A stretch of DNA of 35,323 nt. It comes from Methyloprofundus sp. (lineage in GTDB: Bacteria; Pseudomonadota; Gammaproteobacteria; Methylococcales; Methylomonadaceae). Positions 1-9,815 of this stretch are shown here, piece after piece. The stretch lies in NCBI GenBank assembly GCA_013138555.1, contig WTCN01000199.1, forward strand, positions 1 to 35,323, written 5' to 3'. Numbering within the stretch: position 1 is the stretch's first letter; each line of letters starts with the position of its first letter. A program made the position numbers and the translations under genes. A model generated the notes under the pieces. It searched no databases. It had not been told where the DNA came from and worked only from the letters and a program-made list of their open reading frames with translations.

Positions 1-2
1 AA

Positions 3-470
3 ATCAGTCAACTGGAATGGGCTGATGCCTGGAAAAAAATGGGCATGACCTGCATGAGTAAAATCGGCGGTGCTTCTGGTTCGTTGATAGGTACTTTTTT
101 TGTTGCTATGGGAAAAGATGCGGCAGGAAAAACAGTTGACCCTGTTGTTTTTGCGGAAGCTTATAATGCTGCGGTAGAAGCCATGAAAGCACGCGGCAAA
201 TCAGATGCTGGCGAAAAAACAATGTTAGACACATTAATTCCGGTCGCTAACTATCTAACAGAAAACTGCGGCAAGCTTGAATATCCTGCTTTATTAGCGG
301 GGCTTAAAGAAACAGCAATTAAAGGTATGGAATCAACGAGTGATATGCATGCTACAAAAGGTCGTGCTTCGTTCTTAGGCGAGCGTAGTGTTGGTCATAT
401 TGATGCAGGCGCAAGAAGTACTCAGCTAATGATTTGTGCTATTGCAGACGCTATCGAAGCAAAATTATAA
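3..470 (+). CDS. dhaL: Dihydroxyacetone kinase subunit DhaL (ADP-binding), 5'-truncated by window edge
   Basis: Motifs IGGASGSLIGTFF, RGKSDAGEKTMLD and ATKGRASFLGERSVGHIDAGA. The frame is open from base 3 (ISQLEWADAWKK...), so the ATG at 39 is internal. Confidence 0.92.
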   Translation: MSQLEWADAWKKMGMTCMSKIGGASGSLIGTFFVAMGKDAAGKTVDPVVFAEAYNAAVEAMKARGKSDAGEKTMLDTLIPVANYLTENCGKLEYPALLAGLKETAIKGMESTSDMHATKGRASFLGERSVGHIDAGARSTQLMICAIADAIEAKL

Positions 471-511
471 GTCAACTTTTAGAGTTTTTGCTATAACTCT
501 TCGAGTGTAAC

Positions 512-546
512 CGAGGGAGCAGGTTTTTGCCTACTCCCTCGATTTT
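512..546 (+). terminator. Putative intrinsic terminator after dhaL
   Basis: Hairpin CGAGGGAG-C-AGGT...GCCT-A-CTCCCTCG followed by ATTTT. Confidence 0.55.
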
Positions 547-585
547 AGTTATACCCCGTCATTTAACCTAAGTTAGAGAGTCCTT

Positions 586-1773
586 TTGAGCGATTTTTTC
601 AACACGGGCCTAAGTCAGCAGCAGTTTTTAGAACAGTACTGGCAGAAGAAACCTTTATTAATCCGCCAGGCATTTGCTGATTTTGAATCACCTGTCACTC
701 CCGAAGAACTTGCAGGGCTAGCCTGTGAAGCTGAAATTGAATCCCGGCTTATTGAAGAGCGTGGGGGAGATGGTACGGCATGGCGGGTCACTAGCGGGCC
801 ATTATCAGAAGATATTTTTGCTAGCTTACCCGAGACACACTGGACGATGCTAGTACAGGATGTTGATAAGCATTTGCCAGAATTACAATATTTACTAGAT
901 CCATTTCGCTTTATACCCGATTGGCGGCGTGATGATTTGATGATCAGTTATGCGTCCGAATCTGGATCAGTAGGGCCACATACCGATGGCTATGATGTGT
1001 TCTTATTACAGGCAATGGGGACGCGTAGATGGCAGATTGGTGACCGGCCTATTGAGCAGCCTAAACTGATTGAGGGTATTGAGTTGCAAATCCTGGCTGA
1101 ATTTACCCCCGATCAAACATGGGATCTGCAGCCGGGTGATCTATTATACCTGCCACCACAATTTGCCCATCATGGTGTTGCCTTAAATGATTGCATGACG
1201 TTTTCGGTAGGTTTTCGTGCGCCAGCGCGCATTGATATGCTGGATGCTGTTATAAATACTCTGCTAGAAAAGGAATTGGGAAAAAAGCGCTATCAAGACC
1301 CAGACTTATCATTGAGTAAGCATAGCGCTGAAATTGATGCACAGGCTGTGGCAAGAATAAAGCAAATGTTACACCAAGTGATTGAAGAGGCCGATCCTGT
1401 TTTAACAAAGGCGATTGGGACGTTGGTTACCGATACAAAACCGAGCTTATCGGTCTTAGCGACGGAAGCGAGTTGTGATTTGCCAACGATTGATGAGTTG
1501 AGTGCTTACTTTGATGATGACGGCATGTTACAAAGGAATTATTATTGCCGGTTTGCGTGGTCGCTTGATGGGCAGAAAGGACAGTTCTTTATGGCGGGTG
1601 AGGCATATAGTGTCAATGTGCAGGGATCAGAGTTGTTAGCGTTATTAGCCGAGAAGGCAATATTAACGCTGACTGACTGGCAGAAACTTAAAAAAAATGA
1701 GTCAGTCGCTCAATTATTGTGTAAATTGATAGCTGAAGGTGGCTGGTGTTGGCAGTTAGGGGAATTCAGTTGA
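586..1773 (+). CDS. roxA: JmjC/cupin-4 2OG-Fe(II) oxygenase, ribosomal protein L16 arginine hydroxylase (RoxA/YcfD family)
   Basis: YWQKKPLLIR, FRFIPDWRRDDLMISYA, GPHTDGYDVFLLQ (HxD) and AHHGVA (distal His); TTG start. Confidence 0.85.
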   Translation: MSDFFNTGLSQQQFLEQYWQKKPLLIRQAFADFESPVTPEELAGLACEAEIESRLIEERGGDGTAWRVTSGPLSEDIFASLPETHWTMLVQDVDKHLPELQYLLDPFRFIPDWRRDDLMISYASESGSVGPHTDGYDVFLLQAMGTRRWQIGDRPIEQPKLIEGIELQILAEFTPDQTWDLQPGDLLYLPPQFAHHGVALNDCMTFSVGFRAPARIDMLDAVINTLLEKELGKKRYQDPDLSLSKHSAEIDAQAVARIKQMLHQVIEEADPVLTKAIGTLVTDTKPSLSVLATEASCDLPTIDELSAYFDDDGMLQRNYYCRFAWSLDGQKGQFFMAGEAYSVNVQGSELLALLAEKAILTLTDWQKLKKNESVAQLLCKLIAEGGWCWQLGEFS

Positions 1774-1976
1774 GTTTAATCAGGGTATTTTATCATAAGA
1801 CCTGATTTTATTTGTGGATAGGTATTTTCATACTAGACAAGTAGCTGTATACTTTGCTCTCTGGAATTTTGTCTCCAGGTTTTTAATTTTCCATGTTCTA
1901 TAATTCAAAGCAGGTTTATGTGTTGAGTTTTCTGGGAAATCATTGTTTAATTTTTTATAATAAATAGGGAATATTT

Positions 1977-2369
1977 ATGATTTTATTAGTTGCGTCATTT
2001 TGTATTTTTACGATTACAGCAGTTTTGGGTTTGATGATTGCTGTTGATATTTTTCGTGGTAGACATCCTGCTCCTTCTGCAAGTATAGTTCACGGGGTAT
2101 CTGCCCTGTTAGGTTCTGTTTTTGCTATAAGCGCAGCACTTATGGGTGAAACTCGTATTTACATCAATATTGTAATGGCAGTTGTTATTATTTTGTTGGG
2201 TGTGACAGCGGCGGTTAAGCGTAGAAAAACAGGTGTTGCTCCAAAAGCAATTCTTGCTGTGCATATTCTATTAGCAGTTGTTTGTTATCTGCTATTAGGT
2301 GCGACTGCATTAATGGGTTACGATGTGATGGCAATGGTGGGGATTGAAGTTCCTGAAATCGTACTATAA
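1977..2369 (+). CDS. Small 4-TM integral membrane protein, function unknown
   Basis: Four hydrophobic segments, AGGGA RBS-like motif, strong terminator downstream. Confidence 0.75.
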   Translation: MILLVASFCIFTITAVLGLMIAVDIFRGRHPAPSASIVHGVSALLGSVFAISAALMGETRIYINIVMAVVIILLGVTAAVKRRKTGVAPKAILAVHILLAVVCYLLLGATALMGYDVMAMVGIEVPEIVL

Positions 2370-2392
2370 GGGACTTTTTCAAGGATTAGATG

Positions 2393-2420
2393 AAAACCCG
2401 GTTTTGAACCGGGTTTTTTT
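2393..2420 (+). terminator. Intrinsic (probably bidirectional) terminator
   Basis: AAAACCCGGTT-TTG-AACCGGGTTTT-TTT perfect stem with U-tract. Confidence 0.85.
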
Positions 2421-2486
2421 ATCTGTATACCCCTTCCAGTGGGGGGAGCAAAATTTGTAATGTATTAACATTTTTTAGGGCACAAG

Positions 2487-2516
2487 TTGACACAGCTTTT
2501 TTCTGAATTTCATAAT
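2487..2516 (+). promoter_or_regulatory. Candidate sigma70 promoter for DUF2782-thrB
   Basis: TTGACA (2487-2492), 18 nt spacer, CATAAT (2511-2516). Confidence 0.55.
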
Positions 2517-2628
2517 TTACAGGTGACAAATAGTCATTAGCAGAATGTGCCCTGTTTAGTGTAGCCACATGAGGGTATAATGGCTGTACTTTAATTTTTA
2601 TACCTTTATTAATAAGGATAGCGTTTTT

Positions 2629-2970
2629 ATGCTTCGTTACCTTTTCTTTTGTTCAGTGATGTTTTCCTGTGCGGTTATTGCCGAGGAAGAACGCTCCGAC
2701 ACCTCAGGATCACCTGAAGTACCTGAGATGCCTATGCCGGTAGAAGATGGCGAGCCTATGGAAGCAGATATTACCATTACCCGGCGAGGCGAAAAAACGA
2801 TTCATGAATACCGCATGAACGGCAAAATCTATAAAATAAAGGTTATCCCTGATATTGGTCCTGCTTATTATTTTATTGATCCTGATGGTGATGGCGAGAT
2901 GGAAGAAGTCACTGAAAGCGATTTAGATGATGAATTGAAAATTAATCAGTGGACCATTTTTAGTTGGTAA
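2629..2970 (+). CDS. Exported DUF2782-family protein
   Basis: Signal peptide, Pro/Glu-rich linker, then ITITRRGEKTIHEYRMNGKIYKIKVIP..GPAYYFID.DGDG and terminal QWTIFSW typical of DUF2782; upstream of thrB. Confidence 0.8.
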   Translation: MLRYLFFCSVMFSCAVIAEEERSDTSGSPEVPEMPMPVEDGEPMEADITITRRGEKTIHEYRMNGKIYKIKVIPDIGPAYYFIDPDGDGEMEEVTESDLDDELKINQWTIFSW

Positions 2971-2973
2971 GTT

Positions 2974-3909
2974 TTGTCTGTTTATACCTCTCTTAGCCAT
3001 GCTCAGATTGAGCAGTTTCTCGGTGCTTATAAGCTTGCTTCACTAACTTCTTATGTGGGGATTAGTGCGGGTATCGAAAATACCAACTATTTATTAAGCA
3101 CGCCGCAAGGTGATTTTGTATTGACCCTGTATGAGCATTTCAATACAGCTGAGCTTGCACCTTACCTGGACTTGCTGGTGCAAATAGGGCAGTCTGAAAG
3201 CTATTATCCTAGCCCTCTTCTGGATATTCAGCAAAGACACTCACAGACATTGGCAGGAAAGCCAGTCGCTGTCTTTAAGCGTTTAGCTGGAAAATCAGTT
3301 GTGCAAGCGACGCTTAATCATTGTCAGTTAGTTGCAAGTGCTCTGGCGAGATTTCATTTAAATACTCCTTCTTTGGGGTTTAGTAAAAAAAATCCCAGGA
3401 GCATTGAATGGATACAGGTCACTGCTCAGCAAGTGAGTGCTCATTTATCAGTGCAGGATTCTCTGCTTTTAAATGATGAACTGAACTATCAGCTGCAATT
3501 TACGACACAACATTTAGCGCAGGGCATTATTCATGCTGATTTGTTCAGAGATAATGTTTTGTTTGTGGGAGAGAGCTTAACGGGCATGCTGGATTTTTAT
3601 GCAGCTTGCTGTGATTGTTTCCTACTGGATGTGGCGATTACCTTGAATGACTGGTGTGTAGATGAGTATGGGGTGTTTGGGCGCAGGCAACAAGATGCTT
3701 TTATGCAGGCCTATAAGCAAGTGCGAAATATTTCACAACAAGAGGAAGAGTGGCTGCCTTTCCTACTACGACGAGCCTGCCTGCGTTTCTGGGTATCACG
3801 CTTAGAGCATAAACTTTATCCCAGGGCCGGAGAGATCACACAAGAAAAATCCCCTGAACTATTTAAAAACTTATTGCTGCAGCATCGGCATTTTTATGCG
3901 CATCAATAA
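2974..3909 (+). CDS. thrB: Homoserine kinase type II (Pseudomonas-type, APH fold)
   Basis: MSVYT N-terminus, GIENTNY, GIIHADLFRDNVLF, LDFY, DVAITLNDWC, LRFWVSRL. Confidence 0.92.
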   Translation: MSVYTSLSHAQIEQFLGAYKLASLTSYVGISAGIENTNYLLSTPQGDFVLTLYEHFNTAELAPYLDLLVQIGQSESYYPSPLLDIQQRHSQTLAGKPVAVFKRLAGKSVVQATLNHCQLVASALARFHLNTPSLGFSKKNPRSIEWIQVTAQQVSAHLSVQDSLLLNDELNYQLQFTTQHLAQGIIHADLFRDNVLFVGESLTGMLDFYAACCDCFLLDVAITLNDWCVDEYGVFGRRQQDAFMQAYKQVRNISQQEEEWLPFLLRRACLRFWVSRLEHKLYPRAGEITQEKSPELFKNLLLQHRHFYAHQ

Positions 3910-3998
3910 ATTCCATTAGAATAATGCCATTTATTGATGCGGGCAGCGTGGTACAATCCACACGCTGGATTGAATAATAATTATAAGAGGAGAGGTTT

Positions 3999-4385
3999 AT
4001 GAGAAAACTAACGCAAGCTTTAATAGTAGGTGGCGCACTTTTATTTTCTGCTACTGCAAATGCGGAGGTAAAGCTGGAAGATGATTCACAAATTCTGGGA
4101 AAATGGAACTTATATGCTGAGGCTATCGCGCTACATAAAGAAAAAGTCGAGCTTTTTTCTGTTTGGGAATTTAAAAAAGGTGGTGTATTACACACAGTAT
4201 CTAATGACAGGTTTGGGCGCACAAAAAACCTGAAAATTGATTTAAAATACGCAGTCGAAGATGGCGTTATTAAGAAACAAAAAACACCGGGTCGTTCAAA
4301 AATGGAAGACTGTAAGGTTATTAAGTTAGAAGATGGCAAAATGACCCTGAAATGTACTTTTGTATATTTGTTTTTGAAAAGATAA
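3999..4385 (+). CDS. Secreted hypothetical protein (lipocalin-like beta-barrel guess)
   Basis: Signal peptide ending ANA, ILGKW motif, two Cys, GAGGAGAGG RBS. Confidence 0.75.
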   Translation: MRKLTQALIVGGALLFSATANAEVKLEDDSQILGKWNLYAEAIALHKEKVELFSVWEFKKGGVLHTVSNDRFGRTKNLKIDLKYAVEDGVIKKQKTPGRSKMEDCKVIKLEDGKMTLKCTFVYLFLKR

Positions 4386-4409
4386 TCAAGGGGATTGTTT
4401 GATTGTCCC

Positions 4410-4436
4410 TGTAGGTTCGAGTTTGTCGAGCCTACA
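4410..4436. repeat. Palindromic hairpin between convergent genes (terminator/REP-like)
   Basis: TGTAGGTTCGA-GTTTG-TCGAGCCTACA. Confidence 0.5.
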
Positions 4437-4470
4437 AGGCCGTATAAGTAGTTGTGGTGTTTATAAAATA

Positions 4471-5118
4471 TTAATCTGCTGGCCAGTAGTTTTCACTGAC
4501 AAACTCTTCCAGAGCGCGTGCTTTTGCCCAGTTTTCCAGTTCCAGCATCGGCCTGGAATAAAATTCTTCTACATGCCCCAGGCATAGAATCGCAATCGGC
4601 AGACTTCCTTCTGGCATTTTCAACAGAGACGATAGTTTTTCAGGTTCAAATAGAGAGACCCAGCCCATGCCTAAGCCTTCAGCTCGTGCAGCTAGCCATA
4701 TATTTTGTATCGCACAGGCAGTTGAAGCTATATCCATTTCGGGCAAGGTGCGTCGGCCAAAAATATGTTGTTCACGCTTATCTGCGAGTGCGACGATTAA
4801 TAGCTCGGCACATTCCAGAATGCCTTCAACTTTAAGTTTCATAAAATCACTCTGGCGTTCGCCCAGTGCTTTAGCGGTGAGCTGACGCTCTTCTTCTACT
4901 TGCTGATGAATGGCCTGGCGTAATGGCGCATGGGTTATTCGGATAAAGCGCCAGGGTTGCATTAAACCGACACTGCCAGCTTGGTGCGCTGCTTGAAGTA
5001 ATTTTTCCAAGGTTGCTGCGGGGATAGGTTTATCAATAAAATGACGCATATCACGGCGTTCGGCAATGGCACGATAAACACCTGATATTTCCTGAGCAGT
5101 AAATTTATGTTTATCCAT
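4471..5118 (-). CDS. bluB: 5,6-dimethylbenzimidazole synthase BluB
   Basis: VYRAIAERRDMRHF, SVGLMQPWRFIRI, LKVEGI, CAIQNIWLAARAEGLGMGWVS; directly downstream of cobS. Confidence 0.93.
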   Translation of the reverse strand: MDKHKFTAQEISGVYRAIAERRDMRHFIDKPIPAATLEKLLQAAHQAGSVGLMQPWRFIRITHAPLRQAIHQQVEEERQLTAKALGERQSDFMKLKVEGILECAELLIVALADKREQHIFGRRTLPEMDIASTACAIQNIWLAARAEGLGMGWVSLFEPEKLSSLLKMPEGSLPIAILCLGHVEEFYSRPMLELENWAKARALEEFVSENYWPAD

Positions 5119-5845
5119 ATGTCAGAGCCAGGCTGATTAAAACCACTGTTTCGACTATTTCTACACTCGCACCATAGACATCCCCCGTTATACCTTGTAA
5201 ACGTTGTAAAGCCAGGTATCTTATAAAAAATATACAGGATAAAGCTGCAATCAGGGTATAGGTATTAGTGAGCCACAAAAACAATGTTAGAGAAAAGAAG
5301 ATAATGAGTTTGGCTGCTTGCCTGGGAAGCTGCTGTTGCATTGCACTGCCTAGGCCATTTTTTCTAATATAAGGGGTACTTAACATCAGTATCAAAATAC
5401 TTAAACGACCTAAAAGAGGGGCTAGTAAAAGAGGGACGAGTACTTGTTGTTGCTGAAGTAGGCTCTGTAGTGCTGTCCACTTTAACAGTAATAGCAGTAT
5501 TAAAATAATCACCGCAATAGGGCCAGCGGCAGGATCTTTCATAATAGCCAGGCTACGTTCTCTGTCAGCTAGGCCACCTGCCCAGGCATCACTGCAATCA
5601 GCTAGCCCATCTAAATGTAGGCCGCCAGTTAAAAGCACCCAGGCAGTCAAGATAATTGCAGCATTTAATGCTAATGACTGCTCTGGCAATTGGCTGCTAA
5701 CCAGGGTCAGAATAGCCCCGATTAATAAACCTACGAGAGGAAAAAAGAGTACCGAGTGCCCAGCACGTTGATCAGATAACGTGATATTAAGGTTTAAGGG
5801 AAGGCGCGTTAGAAATTGTAAAGCAAGCGTAAAAGAAGCTAACAT
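5111..5845 (-). CDS. cobS: Adenosylcobinamide-GDP ribazoletransferase (cobalamin synthase)
   Basis: ALQFLTRLP, LTGGLHLDGLADCSD, LAIMKDP, GITGDVYGA; 8-bp overlap with bluB. Confidence 0.93.
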   Translation of the reverse strand: MLASFTLALQFLTRLPLNLNITLSDQRAGHSVLFFPLVGLLIGAILTLVSSQLPEQSLALNAAIILTAWVLLTGGLHLDGLADCSDAWAGGLADRERSLAIMKDPAAGPIAVIILILLLLLKWTALQSLLQQQQVLVPLLLAPLLGRLSILILMLSTPYIRKNGLGSAMQQQLPRQAAKLIIFFSLTLFLWLTNTYTLIAALSCIFFIRYLALQRLQGITGDVYGASVEIVETVVLISLALTYG

Positions 5846-5903
5846 AATGATTGTATGGCGATGTTATAAGGTGCAAAGGGGCTCTATTTACGCCATGGAA
5901 ATC

Positions 5904-6326
5904 TTATTTTAAAGGTCGACCCTGTTTATCTTTGTGTAAGTTACCTGTAGATAGTAAAATCCCATCAATAATAGGCCACAGTATGCCTGCTCCAGCAGTG
6001 AGTATGGAAACTATTATTTGAAATGTTGCTATTTTATAATAGCCCAGATACCAACGATGAGCTCCAAATAGGCCGGTTAACGGAAAGAATGCTAAGGCCA
6101 TAGCAGTTTTGCGTGATTTTACGGCATCTTCTTGCTTAATAGGGTAGCTTCCGATTAGCGTCACCATGGTCGCGGTATCACCTTCTTCTTCAAATAATAC
6201 ATCAAGGTCAACGAGGGGAGGAAGGGATTCGCTCCAGTCATTGATATGAAATTCGTAATATAGCTCATCGCTTTTAATGACACCTGTTTGCGTGTCTTCA
6301 TCGTAACTTTTAATTTTTCCAATCAT
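5904..6326 (-). CDS. Cold-shock-like N-terminal domain + TM2 domain membrane protein
   Basis: MIGKIKSYD...GVIKS...YEFH (CSD/OB-like); KSRKTAMALAFF..GLFGAHRWYLG (TM2 motif). Confidence 0.75.
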   Translation of the reverse strand: MIGKIKSYDEDTQTGVIKSDELYYEFHINDWSESLPPLVDLDVLFEEEGDTATMVTLIGSYPIKQEDAVKSRKTAMALAFFPLTGLFGAHRWYLGYYKIATFQIIVSILTAGAGILWPIIDGILLSTGNLHKDKQGRPLK

Positions 6327-6623
6327 GATATAAACCTTTTTAAAAATATGTGGTGATTTTACTACACTTAGGCTTGTAGAGCGGACTTTAGTCTGTTTTT
6401 TATCAATGCAGTGCCTGTCGCCCAGAGGTTAGGCTACATGCTAGAATAATTCTAGTTACCTGTTTACTTACTGTTACCACTTGCTTTGGGTTGTGTAGGT
6501 ATTGTATATTCAGCGCTAATGCTTTTCTGTTATAAAAAATAGGCAATATGAAAGAAAAAAGAAAAATTAAGAGCACAGCTTGTGAAATAAATAAGATTAA
6601 TAGACTACCTGTTATTTTAGCTT

Positions 6624-8327
6624 ATGCGCACAGCTGATTCTGAAGGAGGAAAACACAGGATTCACAGGGCTGTAAGAAAGATATTTAATTACATTCCTGC
6701 ATCCTTTATAAAAAAAGTATCTTCATGGCAATGGTTGCGGTTTTATCCTGCGGTTATTCCTGCCCAGTACTGTTTTATTGAGTGGAATCGGGCTGTAAAA
6801 AGCAAGGATTATCAAAACTATCAAATATGGATAGATCAGAACAGTCTGGCTACGCTTGAGGACTGGCGCTTATTGCAACAAAAAGCCTATTATTGGAAGT
6901 CACCACCCAAAATAAGCATTGTTACCCCGGTGCATAATACTCAGGTTGATATACTTTATGAGTGTATTGTTTCTGTCCGAGCGCAAGCCTATCCCTATTG
7001 GCAACTTATTTTAGTGGACGATGGCTCATCTAATATTGAAACACAGCAGCTGTTAAAGTCTGGTGTCTGCAAAGACCCTAGAATTCAGGTTTATTTTACT
7101 CCTCAGTCACAAGGTATTTCCCGTGCGACGAATATAGCGATAGCACAAGCTCAGGGTGATTATATTGTATTTTTAGATCATGATGACCGCCTGGCATTAG
7201 ATGCCTTATATCTCGTTGCTGAAGAAATTCGAAAATATCCGCAAGTGGATATTGTTTATTCAGACAGAGATATGATTTCACCCAAGGGTAAGCGGTATAT
7301 GTATTTATTCAAACCCGGGTGGTCTCCGGAAACTTTGCTGGCGGGTAACTATATTTTTCATTTAATGTGTTATCGCCGTAGCCTGGTCGCTCAGCTAGGT
7401 GGGTTACGTACAGAATTTGATGGTTCGCAAGACTATGATTTAATTTTGCGTGCCGCTGAAACGAGTCCGCAAGTACGCCATATTCAAAAAGTACTTTATC
7501 ATTGGCGACAGTACCAAGGCTCTGTTTCACTGGACAGTGGCGCTAAAGACTATACATTTGAGTCGGGAGTTAAAGCCCTGAATGAAGCAATGCAGAGGCG
7601 TGGGATCTCAGCTAGGGCATCAGAAATAAAATCCTTATGGCGTGGCAACTATCAATTAGATTTAGTATGTCCTGAGTTAACAGAAATAGAAGTATTAAGC
7701 ATTGCATCTACATTACCTGCAGAGGAATATACACAGTTAGTAAACCAGTCTATTCAAGCGACTGAAAAGCCTTATATTGCAATTATTAGTCAGACATTGA
7801 CAGCGGTTAATGATAATGCCTTATGTCATCTGGCGGCATGGTTAAAGGTTGATGGGGTCGCGCTGGCAACGGGGAGTATTATGACCGAGCATAAGTTAAT
7901 TGATTATGCGGGAGCAACGTATCAAATAGATGGTGGGATCATGGTTCCTTATCAAGGATTGCCTATAAGTGAGCCGGGTTATATGGCAGTGACACAATTA
8001 ACTAGAAATATTAGTGCTCCGCACCCCTTTTGTGTCGTTATTCGCAGAGAGTTGTGGCTGCAATTAAAGGGCTTAAATAGTAGGTATCAGGGATTTTATA
8101 GTTTAATGGATTTTTGTTTAAGAGCTTTAGCTGTTGACTGGCGTTGTGTCAGTGTTCCGCAGGCGCAGTTTATGACGCGACAGGAAGGTTTATTGAATCA
8201 CTATTCTGAACAGGATAAGCGATTGTTTTGTCAGTCTTGGCAGGACTGGCTGGAAAAAGGGGATCCCTACTATAACCTAAACCTGGCTAGAGCTTGTCAG
8301 GATAGGCTATATCATCTGCCCGGATAG
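6624..8327 (+). CDS. Glycosyltransferase family 2 (RfbC/WsaE-like, two-domain)
   Basis: ISIVTPVHNT, LILVDDGS, GISRATN, FLDHDDRL, DGSQDYDLILR, LYHWR; degenerate second GT2-like half ending DPYYNLNL. Confidence 0.9.
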   Translation: MRTADSEGGKHRIHRAVRKIFNYIPASFIKKVSSWQWLRFYPAVIPAQYCFIEWNRAVKSKDYQNYQIWIDQNSLATLEDWRLLQQKAYYWKSPPKISIVTPVHNTQVDILYECIVSVRAQAYPYWQLILVDDGSSNIETQQLLKSGVCKDPRIQVYFTPQSQGISRATNIAIAQAQGDYIVFLDHDDRLALDALYLVAEEIRKYPQVDIVYSDRDMISPKGKRYMYLFKPGWSPETLLAGNYIFHLMCYRRSLVAQLGGLRTEFDGSQDYDLILRAAETSPQVRHIQKVLYHWRQYQGSVSLDSGAKDYTFESGVKALNEAMQRRGISARASEIKSLWRGNYQLDLVCPELTEIEVLSIASTLPAEEYTQLVNQSIQATEKPYIAIISQTLTAVNDNALCHLAAWLKVDGVALATGSIMTEHKLIDYAGATYQIDGGIMVPYQGLPISEPGYMAVTQLTRNISAPHPFCVVIRRELWLQLKGLNSRYQGFYSLMDFCLRALAVDWRCVSVPQAQFMTRQEGLLNHYSEQDKRLFCQSWQDWLEKGDPYYNLNLARACQDRLYHLPG

Positions 8328-8330
8328 CTA

Positions 8331-8390
8331 GCGTTTTTTTGCCCACTAAAATCAAATGGCGGGTGGGCAAAATAGCGCTGCCCACCCTAC
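8331..8390. repeat. GTAG-type REP doublet (one intact arm, one decayed arm) between convergent genes
   Basis: Reverse complement of 8361-8390 = GTAGGGTGGGCAGCGCTATTTTGCCCACCC, matching the copy at 35300; the left arm GCGTTTTTTTGCCCAC is inverted. Confidence 0.75.
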
Positions 8391-8399
8391 AACAGAATA

Positions 8400-9815
8400 T
8401 TATTTACCTGCCTGCAACCATTTTTTTATGAAAGATGGCAACATCTCAGTTATCTCGGATAACTTCGGTGCAGGGCGCAGACAAAAATCTTCATCGTTGA
8501 TAAACAGGTTTTTTCTGGCAATCCATGATAATGGACGGATAGTTTGATAATCTGATTGTAATACTAGATCGAATTGCCTGCGCATACGGTAATATTTAAG
8601 ATAGCGTGGTATAACGTGCGACGAAATGCTTATTTGAGTTATGTTAGCCATGCTAGGTAATTGACGTGGTGCACCATGTGGGGCCATAAAATAGCAGACT
8701 TCTAGTTCGGGGCGTTCGCGCATGACATGTACGAAAATACTTTGTATATTGCTTGTCTGCATATTGATAGTCCACGGGACAAGAATTTTTTTAATCGTTG
8801 GGTCATTTAAAATATGAGCTATTTTCGCAATTTTCTCAGACTTATAGGGTAGCTGAATATTTTTTTTACCTTTAATGCCTTGCTCAAAATCAGCAATCGC
8901 CTGTAAATGCAATTTAGCCAGATCCGGTTTTCCAGCTAATTGATAGTGCAAGGCTTTTTTCAGTGTCCAGCGAATTGAATGCTTAATGGCATCATTATCA
9001 CTGTGTTTCTCTAATAAATATAAAATATTGCGGTTATCATAATAAAGTATCCAGCTAGGAATTTTAGCCATGGCGGATAGATGCCAGATTAATGATTTTG
9101 CAGAAACTGCAATGCGATGTCCTGCTTTGCGGATGCGCAGACACCACTCAACATCATCAAAGTGAATAAAGAAATCCATCCATAAACCCGCTTGCTTTGC
9201 CACGGGAGCGCGAATTAATAACGACGCTGCCGCAACATAATCAACATCCATTTTGGCCTGGCAATGCATGAGTTGTTGACTTAAGTCAACATCACTGGTT
9301 AATAAAGTCTCTACTGGTTTTCCTTTCCAGTTAGAGATTTCCTCAAAATGACGGTTAAACAATAAGGTGCCGCTTTGTTGATCAACAAATGCTCCCATTT
9401 CATTAATGCGCCACGGATAATCCAGTTGCATCATGGTAGAGCCAGCAATGGCAATATCGGGATTTTCATCTAATATAGTGACTAATTCACTTAATGCATT
9501 TTGATGTACCACGACATCGTTATCAAGCAACCAAAGATAGTCATACTGTGCATCAGGTTGTTCAAATGCCCATGCCAATCCCGTATTAAAGCCACCGGTA
9601 CCGCCAATATTTTCTGCATTACGAATAATTTGAATAGCATCAAATTGAGATTCGATAGCCTCGACTGTGCCATCATTACTGGCATTGTCAATCACTAGAA
9701 TATCCAGTTGGTCTCTAGGAAAATTAAGGGTGGATAAGGAGTTGAGTAGATCAATGACATACTCCTTTTTATTCCAGGTAACTATGATAATAAGGATTTT
9801 TGCTGTTGATTTCAT
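8400..9815 (-). CDS. Glycosyltransferase family 2, probable galactofuranosyltransferase-like
   Basis: IIIVTWN, VIDNASNDGT, NIGGTGGFN, WLLDNDV, FFIHFDDVEWCLR; the GlfT-like assignment rests on these motifs plus the nearby glf. Confidence 0.85.
   Translation of the reverse strand: MKSTAKILIIIVTWNKKEYVIDLLNSLSTLNFPRDQLDILVIDNASNDGTVEAIESQFDAIQIIRNAENIGGTGGFNTGLAWAFEQPDAQYDYLWLLDNDVVVHQNALSELVTILDENPDIAIAGSTMMQLDYPWRINEMGAFVDQQSGTLLFNRHFEEISNWKGKPVETLLTSDVDLSQQLMHCQAKMDVDYVAAASLLIRAPVAKQAGLWMDFFIHFDDVEWCLRIRKAGHRIAVSAKSLIWHLSAMAKIPSWILYYDNRNILYLLEKHSDNDAIKHSIRWTLKKALHYQLAGKPDLAKLHLQAIADFEQGIKGKKNIQLPYKSEKIAKIAHILNDPTIKKILVPWTINMQTSNIQSIFVHVMRERPELEVCYFMAPHGAPRQLPSMANITQISISSHVIPRYLKYYRMRRQFDLVLQSDYQTIRPLSWIARKNLFINDEDFCLRPAPKLSEITEMLPSFIKKWLQAGK

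Noticed and set aside
3863-4339. 158-aa antisense ORF (likewise 26235-26732, 32634-33065, 34435-35040 and other short shadows)
   Set aside because: These lie opposite or inside well-supported genes and have no recognisable motifs.
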